From Rhodanobacteraceae bacterium (GTDB lineage Bacteria > Pseudomonadota > Gammaproteobacteria > Xanthomonadales > SZUA-5), in NCBI GenBank assembly GCA_031422315.1, contig JANOQN010000072.1, forward strand, positions 9,048 through 73,047: a DNA stretch of 64,000 bases. Direction: 5' to 3'. This document shows positions 18,339-28,193 of this stretch, one piece after another. The position numbers and the translations under genes are program-made. The notes below the pieces were generated by a model that did no database searches, was not told where the DNA came from, and saw nothing but the letters and a program-made list of their open reading frames with translations. Position 1 is the first letter of the stretch. The number at the start of each line of letters is the position of its first letter.

Positions 18339-19820
18339 TTAATCCAGTGCCTGAGAATGAGATGACGCATCGTCATAGCTGAGCCGGCGCGCGGTAATGT
18401 CGTGATCGAGATTGATTTGGGCTTCAATGTGGATCGCCACTTTTTGCCCAGGCGGTGCGTAGACCGCATCAAAAATCTGCCCAAGGCGCGAATCTAAGTA
18501 TTGCTTTGCGTCCGTCGCCCCGCCCGCCAATCCAGTAAACGCGCCAAATTGCGCCGCGTCATCGATGCTGCGCACCACACCGCCCGCTTGCGTCACCACG
18601 GTTTCGGTCTGCGCTTCTGCATAGCCGCGCGCAGCCGCTTCAAAAGCCGAGGCAATAAAGCGCCCGGTTAAGACTTTCGGGGCGTTAGTCACGCGATCGC
18701 CTTTAATGCACGGCACGCCGGATTGATCGCTGATGTAACCTAGATTCTGCTTGGTGCGCGCTTGCGCGGTGCCTTGGCGCGAGGCAATCTCGCCGCCATA
18801 GGTCTGTACGCTGCCGTCTTCATAGGTAAACGTGACGCTATCGACAATGCCGCGCACGCATGACAGCGACCAGTCTCCGGAGGCTTCCCCAGAAAACACC
18901 ATTTGCTTGATATCCGGCGGCAAACGATAGCCATTGGTCGCCAAGCCATCGGCGCTGGCCAAAATCTTGAAGCGGTAGCCATCATTGACGACGCCATTGA
19001 TTGGGATGCGGCCAATAAACGCGGTCATGGCGACGTTATCTAACAAAGTGGCATTGACCGGCAAGGTAAAGCGCGGCGTGATGGCTTGCTTGACCAGTGG
19101 CGCGTTTGGCACTTCCCCAATCAGCGCATCATTCTCCGCGTCAATCACATCTGGCAACGCTTCAACGGAAGCAATATTGATGTCCGCTGGCGCGAGTTCC
19201 GACCCGCTACCGTTGCTTGAAACCACCTCAGCGCGCGCAGTCAAAGGCCTAATCCAGGTGTAGCCCGATTGCGGCACCTGCGGTGCTGCAAGGCCAACGC
19301 CCGCTATCGCCGCTTGACTCAAATCAACAGCGGGATAGCCTGTGCTGAGTCCGCCGGGCGCATCACCTGGTTCAATGCCAAACTCGGCAATGGATTCTTG
19401 CGGCGCGTTGGCGTTAGCGGCACTGTCGGCTTCCATTTGCAGCAACCGATCCTGCAGCGCGCCGTTTTGTGTGGCGATTTGCGCCAACTTATTGGAAAGC
19501 TCGCTAAAGCGCGGATCGGATTCTTGTTTCACTAACGCTTCCTCAAGCTCTGCTATCCGCGTCGCCTGTTGATCCGCTTCCACTTTTGCGGCATCCGCCT
19601 CGGCAAGCCGCGCCGTCAGTGTTTTGATTGTGGCATCCGGGCCATCCGCATCACTGGGCCTTGAGGGCACCACGGGCTGAGCTACAGCCACCTCTGGCGT
19701 GGCAGCCGATGTGTTCGCGGTGGGTTTGCTACATTGGGATATTCCAACCATGATTAGAATTCCGAGCGTGAGTAATGCCAGAACAATCGGCAGCCTATTG
19801 ACCCCTACCGGGCTACTCAT
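18339..19820 (-). CDS. ICE protein TIGR03752 (VirB10/TraB-like)
   Basis: AMTAFIGRIP..G, SG.ASGDWSLSCVRG, G.PCI.G, FDAVY.PPG. Confidence 0.92.
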   Translation of the reverse strand: MSSPVGVNRLPIVLALLTLGILIMVGISQCSKPTANTSAATPEVAVAQPVVPSRPSDADGPDATIKTLTARLAEADAAKVEADQQATRIAELEEALVKQESDPRFSELSNKLAQIATQNGALQDRLLQMEADSAANANAPQESIAEFGIEPGDAPGGLSTGYPAVDLSQAAIAGVGLAAPQVPQSGYTWIRPLTARAEVVSSNGSGSELAPADINIASVEALPDVIDAENDALIGEVPNAPLVKQAITPRFTLPVNATLLDNVAMTAFIGRIPINGVVNDGYRFKILASADGLATNGYRLPPDIKQMVFSGEASGDWSLSCVRGIVDSVTFTYEDGSVQTYGGEIASRQGTAQARTKQNLGYISDQSGVPCIKGDRVTNAPKVLTGRFIASAFEAAARGYAEAQTETVVTQAGGVVRSIDDAAQFGAFTGLAGGATDAKQYLDSRLGQIFDAVYAPPGQKVAIHIEAQINLDHDITARRLSYDDASSHSQALD

Positions 19821-20578
19821 AGCGAATCCCCATACGACTGCCCTGACACCAGATACAGCATGGTGCTGCTACTGACCGAGCCCGCAGGCTGTAAAAAGCC
19901 ATGCTGAAAGGTCGCGGTAAGCCAGCGCCCGCGCAGTAAACGCGGATCTAGTTCCCGGCCGTCTGGCGTAGTGTTTTTCATCTCGACCGCCGTGACGTAC
20001 AAATTGTGATAGCGCCACGCCGCACGCGGCAGCGCAATCACCGCCCCACCGCGATACAGCGCCGTGATCTCAATCGGCAGCGCGACACGGCTGGCTTTGA
20101 GGCCACCGCGCAAGCGATCTGGCGCATAAAACTCCCGCGCCGCAAAGCGCGTCAGTTCCATGCGTAAATCGGATTCGCCCACCGTCTCGTCGTTCTGCGC
20201 TGGGCTTTCTTTTGCAACAGCAGCCGCATCGATGAGTTGAAAACTATTTTTCGGTGCACTGGCACGCGCCGTGATGTCAATCAAATAGATTCGGTTGTTG
20301 GACTTGACGCTGCGCAGAGCCATGCGGCCTTCGACGGCCTTATTGGCGGTTATCAATACCACCTTGTTAGTAATTTCCACGCTGACCACGCCTGCAAAAG
20401 CCGCAGGCAGCCCAACTTCCACGTCTTCCGGCATGCGTAGGACGGTTTCATGATCGATCGGTATCGCAATCGACACCGGGATATCGTCATACGGCACGAT
20501 ATCGACGGCGGCAAAGCCATAGCTAGTCCAGATCAGCGCACACAGTGCGCAAGCTAAACTGATGACGTTCAATTTCAT
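19817..20578 (-). CDS. ICE protein TIGR03749 (DUF3438)
   Basis: LTRFAAREFYAPDRL, LDPRLLRG..LTATFQH. Confidence 0.9.
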   Translation of the reverse strand: MKLNVISLACALCALIWTSYGFAAVDIVPYDDIPVSIAIPIDHETVLRMPEDVEVGLPAAFAGVVSVEITNKVVLITANKAVEGRMALRSVKSNNRIYLIDITARASAPKNSFQLIDAAAVAKESPAQNDETVGESDLRMELTRFAAREFYAPDRLRGGLKASRVALPIEITALYRGGAVIALPRAAWRYHNLYVTAVEMKNTTPDGRELDPRLLRGRWLTATFQHGFLQPAGSVSSSTMLYLVSGQSYGDSL

Positions 20579-21213
20579 GGCGTTACTCCGGTTGCTGTTT
20601 TCTCAATTTTGCTCGGCGAACCGGGTGCATAGCAGTTCAGCAATAAGCCGTACGGGTTAGTTCCGGCATCCGCATTGGTGGGCTGTACATAGGTTTCATA
20701 GCGATAAAAACCCTCTTTGACGGTTTGACCGTTGACCGTTTCAGTCAGCAGCGCATCCAGCGTCACTTGCCAGGTGTTGGCGTCCATTTGCTTAACGCGA
20801 TCTGGCGTAAAGTACGCGCCGGTCATCGGTTCCCAGCGCCGAGTTCTGCTGCCGAGTTCTCCGGCATTCCGACGCTGAGCGGCATCGGCCAAAAGTAGAG
20901 ATTTGCAGTTATCCGTCAGGTAGTAGCGCATGCCTTCAATATTGGCTGCGTACTCGGTTTCACCGTTGGTTTCCCAGCGATAAAGCTGCTGGAGCAAGGT
21001 CAATGCAAAGTTAAATACGTTTTCAGCTGGCATTTGCCCTGGCGTAACGGTTTGGCGCTGCTGAATCCCTGGCCGAACGTCGACCACAATGGAAGCCTGA
21101 GAGTTCTGCCAGCCCCAGAGCGCGATGGCGAGAATGCCAAGTAGCGCGCCAATGCCGTAATCGCGTAGTTTTATTTGGCGTTGCGCTTCCAACAACGCAT
21201 CAACGTAGGCCAT
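20575..21213 (-). CDS. ICE protein TIGR03746 (DUF2895)
   Basis: QQLYRW..NGE..Y, YLT..C, NPYGL.L.CY. Confidence 0.9.
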   Translation of the reverse strand: MAYVDALLEAQRQIKLRDYGIGALLGILAIALWGWQNSQASIVVDVRPGIQQRQTVTPGQMPAENVFNFALTLLQQLYRWETNGETEYAANIEGMRYYLTDNCKSLLLADAAQRRNAGELGSRTRRWEPMTGAYFTPDRVKQMDANTWQVTLDALLTETVNGQTVKEGFYRYETYVQPTNADAGTNPYGLLLNCYAPGSPSKIEKTATGVTP

Positions 21214-21547
21214 CGTGGCCCCCTTTAGATCGCTTGTAGTAGTAGGGGCCGAGCGCCGGCTTCCACCGCGCCCGATTAAACATCACCATGATTTCTTGCA
21301 TTAAGAAATTAGCGGGCGAATCCTTTTTGCGCCGCTGCACCCACATGCCCAGCAGCAATGCCAGCACGAGCCCTCCGCATACACCGACCAACATGCCGAC
21401 CAGCAGCCCGTAGCTGCCGGATAAAATGCCGAGAACAACGCCGATTGGCAGCATGATCCCGTAGGCACCACTGACCACGATGATGATTTCGCGCTGGGTT
21501 AGGCCCATCAGTGCAATCGGCTCAATGTTTAGGTTGCGGGTGCTCAT
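21200..21547 (-). CDS. Conjugative transfer protein TIGR03750
   Basis: Start re-assigned to MSTRNLNIEPIALMGLT; two TM helices; operon position. Confidence 0.8.
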   Translation of the reverse strand: MSTRNLNIEPIALMGLTQREIIIVVSGAYGIMLPIGVVLGILSGSYGLLVGMLVGVCGGLVLALLLGMWVQRRKKDSPANFLMQEIMVMFNRARWKPALGPYYYKRSKGGHDGLR

Positions 21548-21549
21548 GA

Positions 21550-21912
21550 CTAAGGCGCGCCACCTGCTGTTGCAACTTGGGTAAAGCCGTAAGTGCCGAC
21601 GGCAATGCCGAAAATCGCCAGGAACAGCGCGCCAACGATCTGCCCTGCCGCTTCGCCGAATTTCTTTTTGCCGCCGATCCAATCCATCATGGCCGGCGCG
21701 GCAATGTAGCTTGCCAGCAGCAGCATAAATATTGCGGCCGCCACAAAGCCGTACTGCGCCATTTTCTTGAACAGACTGACGCCGGTGTCGAGCGGATTAT
21801 TGGCAGATGTAACGCCCGTTGGAAGCGGCGTGGAAGGCATGGTTTGCGCCATGACGTAACTGCTTATTCCGAACGCAACAACCGACGTAACAGCTTGTTT
21901 AAATAATTTCAT
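21550..21912 (-). CDS. ICE membrane protein TIGR03745 (pilin-like)
   Basis: Start re-assigned to MKLFKQAV; signal peptide plus two TM helices with GKKKFGE. Confidence 0.8.
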   Translation of the reverse strand: MKLFKQAVTSVVAFGISSYVMAQTMPSTPLPTGVTSANNPLDTGVSLFKKMAQYGFVAAAIFMLLLASYIAAPAMMDWIGGKKKFGEAAGQIVGALFLAIFGIAVGTYGFTQVATAGGAP

Positions 21913-21968
21913 TGGAAAACTCCTGGTGGGTGGGCTGTGCCCTGCGGTACTGCGAGAAAAAAAATGAT

Positions 21969-22226
21969 TTAGTTGGGCGCCAACGGTGAGCCGACCGCAA
22001 AAAAGGCCAGTGCTGCGACCATGACAAACGTCGCGGCCATGGCTCCGAAAATGGCGTCCTTGAGACCTATACGCTGCACATATAGGCCGCGCACGTACTG
22101 CACAATCGTCCAGGTAATCAGCAGCGAGACGCAGACGCCGCCGACCCACGCAAACACAGTGCCAAGCTGCGAAATACGCAAACCGCTACCGGCTTCAAAC
22201 GCCGCGACTGCGCCGGCAAAGCTCAT
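21969..22226 (-). CDS. ICE protein TIGR03758
   Basis: AAFEAGSG start, hydrophobic, position after the RAQPRD-family gene. Confidence 0.78.
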   Translation of the reverse strand: MSFAGAVAAFEAGSGLRISQLGTVFAWVGGVCVSLLITWTIVQYVRGLYVQRIGLKDAIFGAMAATFVMVAALAFFAVGSPLAPN

Positions 22227-22579
22227 CGGCGATAATCTCCGGAGAGCGGTTCGATCGCGCGTGGTTGGCTGATCTCACCGGCGCGGTATTCCCGAATGCC
22301 TAATCGAATGCGATCTAAATCGAGCCGCAGCGCGTCATAGTCAAACTGCAATCGACTCGATTGCGCTGCGCTTTGCGCTTCCCGAAGCAGCGGTTCTAAA
22401 AGCTGAATTTCACGTTCCAACCGTGTCAACGCGGCCAATTCGGTTTCAATGGTGCGTGGTTGAACCACGACTTCAGCAACCGGCTCGCGCACCTCTGCGC
22501 GCTTTTGCGCACAGGCCGGCAACGCGGCTAACACCAATACAAATAAAACTAGACTCAAACGATTCATAGCAATGCTCAC
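22223..22579 (-). CDS. RAQPRD-family ICE protein
   Basis: FDYDALRLDLDRIRLGI..Y....SQPR....LSGDY. Confidence 0.9.
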   Translation of the reverse strand: MSIAMNRLSLVLFVLVLAALPACAQKRAEVREPVAEVVVQPRTIETELAALTRLEREIQLLEPLLREAQSAAQSSRLQFDYDALRLDLDRIRLGIREYRAGEISQPRAIEPLSGDYRR

Positions 22580-23232
22580 AGGTATTTTTTAAATTTCGAA
22601 ACGGTGAAAAAGACGGCCAAGCCAAACAGCGGTGCTAGCAAGGTCAATACAAAATGCGGATGCACGGCGATGGGTAGCAGCAAATACACCGCCAAACCGA
22701 GTCCCACCGAGGTCGCTACGCTGCTTTTCGCATGGCGATACAAAAATGCGCTTTCCGGATCGCCACCAAATCGGCGCAGCTCGCGCTCGGTCAGACCATC
22801 CTGCACCGCCACCAGCAACACCAGTCCGAGCGGTGCCAATAGACCAAACGCAATCAGCCCTCTGCGCAAGCACAGCTGCCCAACCAACAACGCATCGTTC
22901 AAATAGGGTTTTGCCACTGGAAACGGTAATGCGTTGATATCGGTATTAATTTGCCGTGGCAACGCTGGACGAATCCGATCCACCCAGCTCGCTAGCCAGC
23001 GCGATGGATGGGTGGTGCTAATGCCTGCCAACAATCGAGCCTCGGTAGTAACCAGCTGCGTTAATCGCGCAGTCTGCGGCTTTTGCAGCGCACGGCTTCC
23101 CGCGACACCTGCAATGCCAATTAACACCGCACACAGCGTTAAAAACGCATAGAAAAACGGCACACCGATGATCCACGTTAACCATGGTGCAGGCGGATCA
23201 CCCGGGGGACTCTGGCGTGTCGCTTGGCTCAT
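22576..23232 (-). CDS. ICE membrane protein TIGR03747 (DUF4400)
   Basis: DGL..RELRRFGG..ESAFLYRHAK...FKKYL. Confidence 0.9.
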   Translation of the reverse strand: MSQATRQSPPGDPPAPWLTWIIGVPFFYAFLTLCAVLIGIAGVAGSRALQKPQTARLTQLVTTEARLLAGISTTHPSRWLASWVDRIRPALPRQINTDINALPFPVAKPYLNDALLVGQLCLRRGLIAFGLLAPLGLVLLVAVQDGLTERELRRFGGDPESAFLYRHAKSSVATSVGLGLAVYLLLPIAVHPHFVLTLLAPLFGLAVFFTVSKFKKYL

Positions 23233-25283
23233 GCAGCCTCCTGCGCCGGTGCGGCCTGATTGCGCCAGCTCACTTCGCTATCGCTCCAGGGCATATCATC
23301 GTTTGAGGTCGGCCGCGCAATGAGGGCTTTAGCCATCATCTCAACTGTCAAGGTTTTACTTTCCGGTACGGGAAGCGGAAACCGCACTTTGTAAATCCGC
23401 CCGCCTTTGGCCGCCACAAACGCATGCCCGCGCGGCAAGCCGGCGAGATCAGCGGAAGTAATCATCGGCACCGACGTTTCGGTAATGCGCTGCGTTTGGC
23501 TGGAGGTGAAATCCGTGCCGGCTTGGCCGTCGGTGGTCGCTGAGCCCCAAATTATGGAGGGCACCATGACGTCGGGCAATTGATCGGTGAGCATTTGCGC
23601 GGTGGCATCCGAGCGCACCCGCATCATGATCAGCGTGTTGAAATTATCTTCGACCTGGCGGCCTTTGTCGGCATCGCCCATACCGACGGTAATATCCGCG
23701 CGGCTTTGGGTGTAGCCTGTTATGTCCAGTCCAGCTCCACGGCCTTTATTAACCAGCGGGACAAAAGCCGCGCCCATAGATTCATTGATTTCATCGCAAT
23801 GCAGGCGCCACCGTAGCGACGTGCGCTGCACGCCTTCGCTCAAGCCCTGTTCGCGGCTGTTGTTGTAGATCCGCCCGGCTATGCTAGTCAAATCCGCGAA
23901 CATCGACGATCCAATAGCTTTTGCCACGGTCGCATCGGTCAATGCATCCAACCCGATGTAAATCACTTTATTGGTTCGAATCGCGGCATCAAAATCCAAC
24001 ATCGGGCGCGGATCATCAACGGCATCGTAATCCGGGGATAGAATGTCAGCGATCGCGCCAGTGCTCATTTTTTGCAGCAATGGAAACAGCGAGCCGACCA
24101 GCTTGTCTTGGTAACTGCGGTCATAGCCGTAGGTCTTCAGCAGCTTTTGCGACACGTCATCGTTCAAGGCAAAGCGCTGCACCAACAACACGAGTCCAAT
24201 GGTTTTAATATCGCGCTCGCCATAAGAGCGGGGAATCAAGCCTTTTTTAAGCCGATCCGGCACGGTGGCGATTTCAGCGGCTAAATCATCCTGCCAGTTG
24301 GGATGTTTGGCATTGAGTAGCTGGGTCATGTACGTCGCGACTAGCTCATCCATGTTGGTGGCGTATTGCAGCAGGACCTTAATCGTCGTGCGGCGGCCTA
24401 GCGCATGCAGCGCCACCGCAATCGTGTTGACGTACGACCAGACAAAGTCCGCGAACACCGCAGAATTACCGGTATCCGGCACGCTGTCTCGGATACGCGA
24501 AGCTATTTCCGTGACCCTGGCAAAGTTACCAAACGGGTTATAGCGCGCCGAAAACTGTGGAAAGCCCAAATGAAAGCACTGAAAATCATTGACGCGACCG
24601 CACGCCATAAGAGTTGAGTACATTTGCAACATTAAGTCTTTGTCGCCCTTTGGGTCTATGACGATGACCGGCCCGCCTCGGCGAATGTCCTGCGCCACCA
24701 GCAATTCGCACACGCGGGTTTTACCCACACCCGGCGTGCCGAGCACCAGAATATGGCCCATGCGCTCGGTGTCGGTCAGCCACAAATCGGTATCTTTGCC
24801 TTCCAAGCTGCCGACGCCATGCAATGCCGTTACGCCATCGTCAACCGCTACCGGCGTTCGAAACAGTTTGTCGGCAAACGAGCGCTGCAAATACGGCTTT
24901 GAACTTGCGCGATTGGCTTCTGCGAGCCGACGTGTATGCCGATCATCCCAGCGAAAGCCCGTGCCTAAAAACAATGCATCTTTGCGAAAGGGGATATCGG
25001 CGCTTTTGACCGCGTAAGTCGGCTGCGCCTTTAAGCTGGACTGATAGCGCCCAATCACAAAAGCCTGATGCAATCGCCTTAAGCCATTCAGCGCCAACGC
25101 AGTGACCATTGCCGCATGCCCAATCGGCAGCACGCGCCACCAGTCACCTGGCTGCTGCGTCACAGCGCTTACCCAAAACACGTCCGGCGCCAATCCAATC
25201 GCCACCGCCGCCGCTAGACTCACCGCCGCACTCGGCAGCTCCACCAGCGGGCGAATCAATGTCTCGACTGGAAACTTGCTCAC
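23229..25283 (-). CDS. traD: Type IV coupling protein TraD
   Basis: Start re-assigned to GTG (VSKFPVETLIRP); LFLG.GFRW, Walker A GTPGVGKT, IDPKGD, HCDE, NKGRGAG. Confidence 0.93.
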   Translation of the reverse strand: MSKFPVETLIRPLVELPSAAVSLAAAVAIGLAPDVFWVSAVTQQPGDWWRVLPIGHAAMVTALALNGLRRLHQAFVIGRYQSSLKAQPTYAVKSADIPFRKDALFLGTGFRWDDRHTRRLAEANRASSKPYLQRSFADKLFRTPVAVDDGVTALHGVGSLEGKDTDLWLTDTERMGHILVLGTPGVGKTRVCELLVAQDIRRGGPVIVIDPKGDKDLMLQMYSTLMACGRVNDFQCFHLGFPQFSARYNPFGNFARVTEIASRIRDSVPDTGNSAVFADFVWSYVNTIAVALHALGRRTTIKVLLQYATNMDELVATYMTQLLNAKHPNWQDDLAAEIATVPDRLKKGLIPRSYGERDIKTIGLVLLVQRFALNDDVSQKLLKTYGYDRSYQDKLVGSLFPLLQKMSTGAIADILSPDYDAVDDPRPMLDFDAAIRTNKVIYIGLDALTDATVAKAIGSSMFADLTSIAGRIYNNSREQGLSEGVQRTSLRWRLHCDEINESMGAAFVPLVNKGRGAGLDITGYTQSRADITVGMGDADKGRQVEDNFNTLIMMRVRSDATAQMLTDQLPDVMVPSIIWGSATTDGQAGTDFTSSQTQRITETSVPMITSADLAGLPRGHAFVAAKGGRIYKVRFPLPVPESKTLTVEMMAKALIARPTSNDDMPWSDSEVSWRNQAAPAQEAA

Positions 25284-25711
25284 TTCACTAATCCGTTGTG
25301 CATGATGAGCGCGGGATAGCCACGTAAGCCGGCTTGCACAAACACTTGTCCAGAGGTGGCCACCATGTGAACGTTGGTCACCGCGCGCAACTTCGCAAGA
25401 TCTGATTCGCGCGTGATGTTGACGACATAACACAAGCCACCCACGGACTGAATTGCCTTGGCGTTGAAGCTCAACCAACGCAGGGAGATATTGTCCGCAC
25501 CAATCACGCACAGGGCTCTGGCAAGCATCACGCCCAGTTTGATTTGTTTCGGATTAGCACGGCCCAGCACTAAGCCTGGCGTCTTAATCGGAAAGCGCTC
25601 AGACGATTCCATCGCTTGCACGTCTTGCGTTTCAACCAAACGCCGAGGCTTTGTAGGACCTAATACGGTCACACTGCCCAATGCGCTTGCCAGCACCCAC
25701 GACAGCACCAT
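25280..25711 (-). CDS. ICE protein PFL_4695 (TIGR03765) family
   Basis: FPIKTP.L..G, LCVIGAD..S..WL, L..YPALI; start re-assigned to 25711. Confidence 0.82.
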   Translation of the reverse strand: MVLSWVLASALGSVTVLGPTKPRRLVETQDVQAMESSERFPIKTPGLVLGRANPKQIKLGVMLARALCVIGADNISLRWLSFNAKAIQSVGGLCYVVNITRESDLAKLRAVTNVHMVATSGQVFVQAGLRGYPALIMHNGLVK

Positions 25712-26238
25712 TATTTTAAACTCGTGATGTGTGTATTGACGCCCGTGCGATACGCCGCCGCACGCCAAGGCGTACCGGAGTGATAGCAGCCAATTGCGCC
25801 CGGCCAATCGCCATGCTTGATAAAACAATCTTGCAATACCGCCGCACCGACGCGCAGGTTATGCATCGGATGCAACGCGGTCCAGGCGGTGCCCAAGCGC
25901 GCGTCGTGAAATCGGTAATGCACCTGCATCAACCCGACATCGACACGGCGCTCGCCACGCGCGAGCAACGATTGCAGTGCGCCATAGGCCGCCTTGCGTG
26001 AACCGTATCGATAGCCTTCACCCGCGACGTTCAACGTCCAGGGCCAAGGCTGGCGACGACCATTGCCGAGTGCTATTCGGCTCTCTTGCAATGCAATGGC
26101 ATACAAAATACTCGCTGGTATGCCTGACTCTTGGCTCACTACGCTATAGGCGCAGGGTATGCCTGGCTCTCGTTTTACCTTGCACTTGCGTGCTGGCGTA
26201 ACCGCCAGACTCAAGCTCGCGAGCAATGCCACAATCAT
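25711..26238 (-). CDS. Lytic transglycosylase (SLT domain)
   Basis: LYAIALQES, PWPWTLNVAG, DVGLMQV, AIGCYHS. Confidence 0.93.
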   Translation of the reverse strand: MIVALLASLSLAVTPARKCKVKREPGIPCAYSVVSQESGIPASILYAIALQESRIALGNGRRQPWPWTLNVAGEGYRYGSRKAAYGALQSLLARGERRVDVGLMQVHYRFHDARLGTAWTALHPMHNLRVGAAVLQDCFIKHGDWPGAIGCYHSGTPWRAAAYRTGVNTHITSLK

Positions 26239-26996
26239 TGCGTGATTTGCTCAATCGTGAGGGCTTCGATCGCTTTGCCGCGTCTTCGAAATGCCGCCGG
26301 TATGCGGGTCACTTCGAGCGTGGCCATAATTTCTGACGTGGCCATGTTAAGCGTAATGCGCTTGGTGGAGACTTCGTCTTGCGTCAACCCCATGGCTTTT
26401 CCGTATGCCACGACCTGCTCGCGCGTCGAATTGGTAAAATACAAATCCAGCCCGGTGCTACCATTGGATTTACCGATCGCTTGCACCGTGGTGATGGCTT
26501 CGGCGCATATCGGGCACGGCGCATTCGCATCGAACACCAATATGACCCGGTCTTGTGCTGCCAGCAAAGGCACAGGAGAGCTCGTTGTCTCTGGCGTGTA
26601 TGCAAACAATTTTTCGTGGCCGTACTTGGTTTGCCAAACTTTTCCGACGGCGCGGCTAAACTCTAGCTGCGCTTGGGTGCGCCTTCGATCCGCCTCCACA
26701 TACAACGCTGCAAAGCGCTGGCGCTCCGACTCGGATCTGGCGGTAATCCCAAGTACCATGATCGGGTCTTGATCCGCGCTATACCACGTGGCAAGCGGCG
26801 TGCTGGAGATTTCTTTGAACCTAGCCCAGTCGGATGTTGTGAGCCCAAGCGTAGTCAGCGTGGTGCGCTCGGATTGGGTGAGCGTTAATGCAGTGCTGGT
26901 CGATGCGGTGGATGTGGCGGGTGTTGACTCGGCGGCAATAACAGGCAGCGCGAAGCATAGCGAGGCAATCGTATAGGCCCAAAATTGCTGATTCAT
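26235..26996 (-). CDS. ICE protein TIGR03759 (PFL_4693) family
   Basis: DPIMVLGITARSESERQRFA, CPIC, ITLN. Confidence 0.88.
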   Translation of the reverse strand: MNQQFWAYTIASLCFALPVIAAESTPATSTASTSTALTLTQSERTTLTTLGLTTSDWARFKEISSTPLATWYSADQDPIMVLGITARSESERQRFAALYVEADRRRTQAQLEFSRAVGKVWQTKYGHEKLFAYTPETTSSPVPLLAAQDRVILVFDANAPCPICAEAITTVQAIGKSNGSTGLDLYFTNSTREQVVAYGKAMGLTQDEVSTKRITLNMATSEIMATLEVTRIPAAFRRRGKAIEALTIEQITQ

Positions 26997-27175
26997 GGTC
27001 TTGCCTGCTCCATATCAAAAATCACTAGCCTCTGGAAAGCCTCCGGCAACGCCGCAAACGCGGCGCTATATTTGATGCAAGCCGGCAGTTCACTGGGCAC
27101 ACCCGCGATCATCAGTTCGTCACTAATTTCCATAATTACCCTAAGCTCTTCGATATGGAGCGCGCGTCCAATCAC
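26993..27175 (-). CDS. Small hypothetical protein
   Basis: 60-aa ORF with 4-bp overlaps at both ends. Confidence 0.5.
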   Translation of the reverse strand: MIGRALHIEELRVIMEISDELMIAGVPSELPACIKYSAAFAALPEAFQRLVIFDMEQARP

Positions 27176-27318
27176 GTGCCATCCCGAGGAATAGTTAAAT
27201 CGCGCTCAACCACCGGCGCGTCGTCACTTACCGCTGGCGCATCCGCACGTCGGTGAAACAATCCACAGCCCGATGCCATCAGCACCGCACACAGCAGGGC
27301 AATCCACTTGCGTCTCAT
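27172..27318 (-). CDS. 48-aa lipoprotein (below ORF-track cutoff)
   Basis: Hand translation MRRKWIALLCAVLMASGCGLFHRR...; lipobox; ATGA/GTGA coupling to both neighbours. Confidence 0.65.
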   Translation of the reverse strand: MRRKWIALLCAVLMASGCGLFHRRADAPAVSDDAPVVERDLTIPRDGT

Positions 27319-27824
27319 GAGCGCGCCTTAGCGGTGCAGCTATGTGTTCCTTCAACAGTCGTGCAATTCCATTGCCCAATCGCTGAGTTAGTTTTTGCCG
27401 AGCTAATTTGCCCGGTGCGGTAGCGTCGATAGGCCGGCCGAAGCTCTAAACCAATCAGCCGATGCACATGATCGACTACTACCCGATACGCAGGACCCAC
27501 CAGCAAAACCAATGCATCGATCACGCGCACATCTTTTAGATTTTGATGTGCCAAGGGCATAGCCATTCGAAGCAGCTGCGCTTGCTCTATGGGTTCTCCC
27601 GCACCGCTTACCAGCCGATATCCGGTTTCCAGCAGGGCATCATCGACTGCCTCACCAACTGAGGCGGCAAAGAACGGTTTACTAACGCGATGCGACAGTG
27701 GCGCACCCAATTCCATGCGTTCACGCGCATATCGACCTACCACCGTCGTGGCATCCAAGGTGCTTTCCGCGCTCTTCGCAAACGCGCTGATGGTCATTAG
27801 GAGCATTACTAAAAGTGGTTTCAC
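27315..27824 (-). CDS. pilL: PilL-like protein (TIGR03748)
   Basis: VGRY, SVGEA...L..TGYRL, P..H..L....V.DAL..L.GPAY.V.VD. Confidence 0.8.
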   Translation of the reverse strand: MKPLLVMLLMTISAFAKSAESTLDATTVVGRYARERMELGAPLSHRVSKPFFAASVGEAVDDALLETGYRLVSGAGEPIEQAQLLRMAMPLAHQNLKDVRVIDALVLLVGPAYRVVVDHVHRLIGLELRPAYRRYRTGQISSAKTNSAIGQWNCTTVEGTHSCTAKARS

Positions 27825-27881
27825 AAGTTCGCCGTGATTTCAAAACATGGGCGGACTGTGGGCAAGGAACGGGCGTCTTTG

Positions 27882-28031
27882 CAAATTTAAAGTCGTTGTA
27901 CAGGGCGTTATTGTTTGTTGACTTTGGCGCGCCGAATATGCCTCGCTTGGCGTGCGCACGTACGTGGCATAACCCGCCAAATAAAGTCAAATTTAAAGTC
28001 GTTGTACAGGGCGTTATTGATTTTTGACTTT
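27882..28031. repeat. 44-bp direct repeat x2 in the pilL/relaxase divergent region; candidate oriT or operator
   Basis: 27882-27925 and 27988-28031: first 32 bp identical (CAAATTTAAAGTCGTTGTACAGGGCGTTATTG), 2 mismatches over 44 bp. Confidence 0.85.
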
Positions 28032-28193
28032 TATTGAGCAGTGTGGTTTTGCTCTCCCAACAGAAAGGTTTTCCGGATTACGCGGTTTAACTGAAAGGGG
28101 CGATTGGCTTTGCCAATAAGAGCCAATCGCAAGGGAAATGGCTTAGGGATTAGACAGCGTGAATGGATTAGAAGGCGTCAAGGGTTTAGGAAA

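Noticed and set aside
23229-25828. ORF-track starts for traD (25511) and PFL_4695 (25828)
   Set aside because: The extensions overlap upstream genes; coupled starts at 25283 and 25711 fit the family N-termini better. Similar trimming was applied to several other genes.
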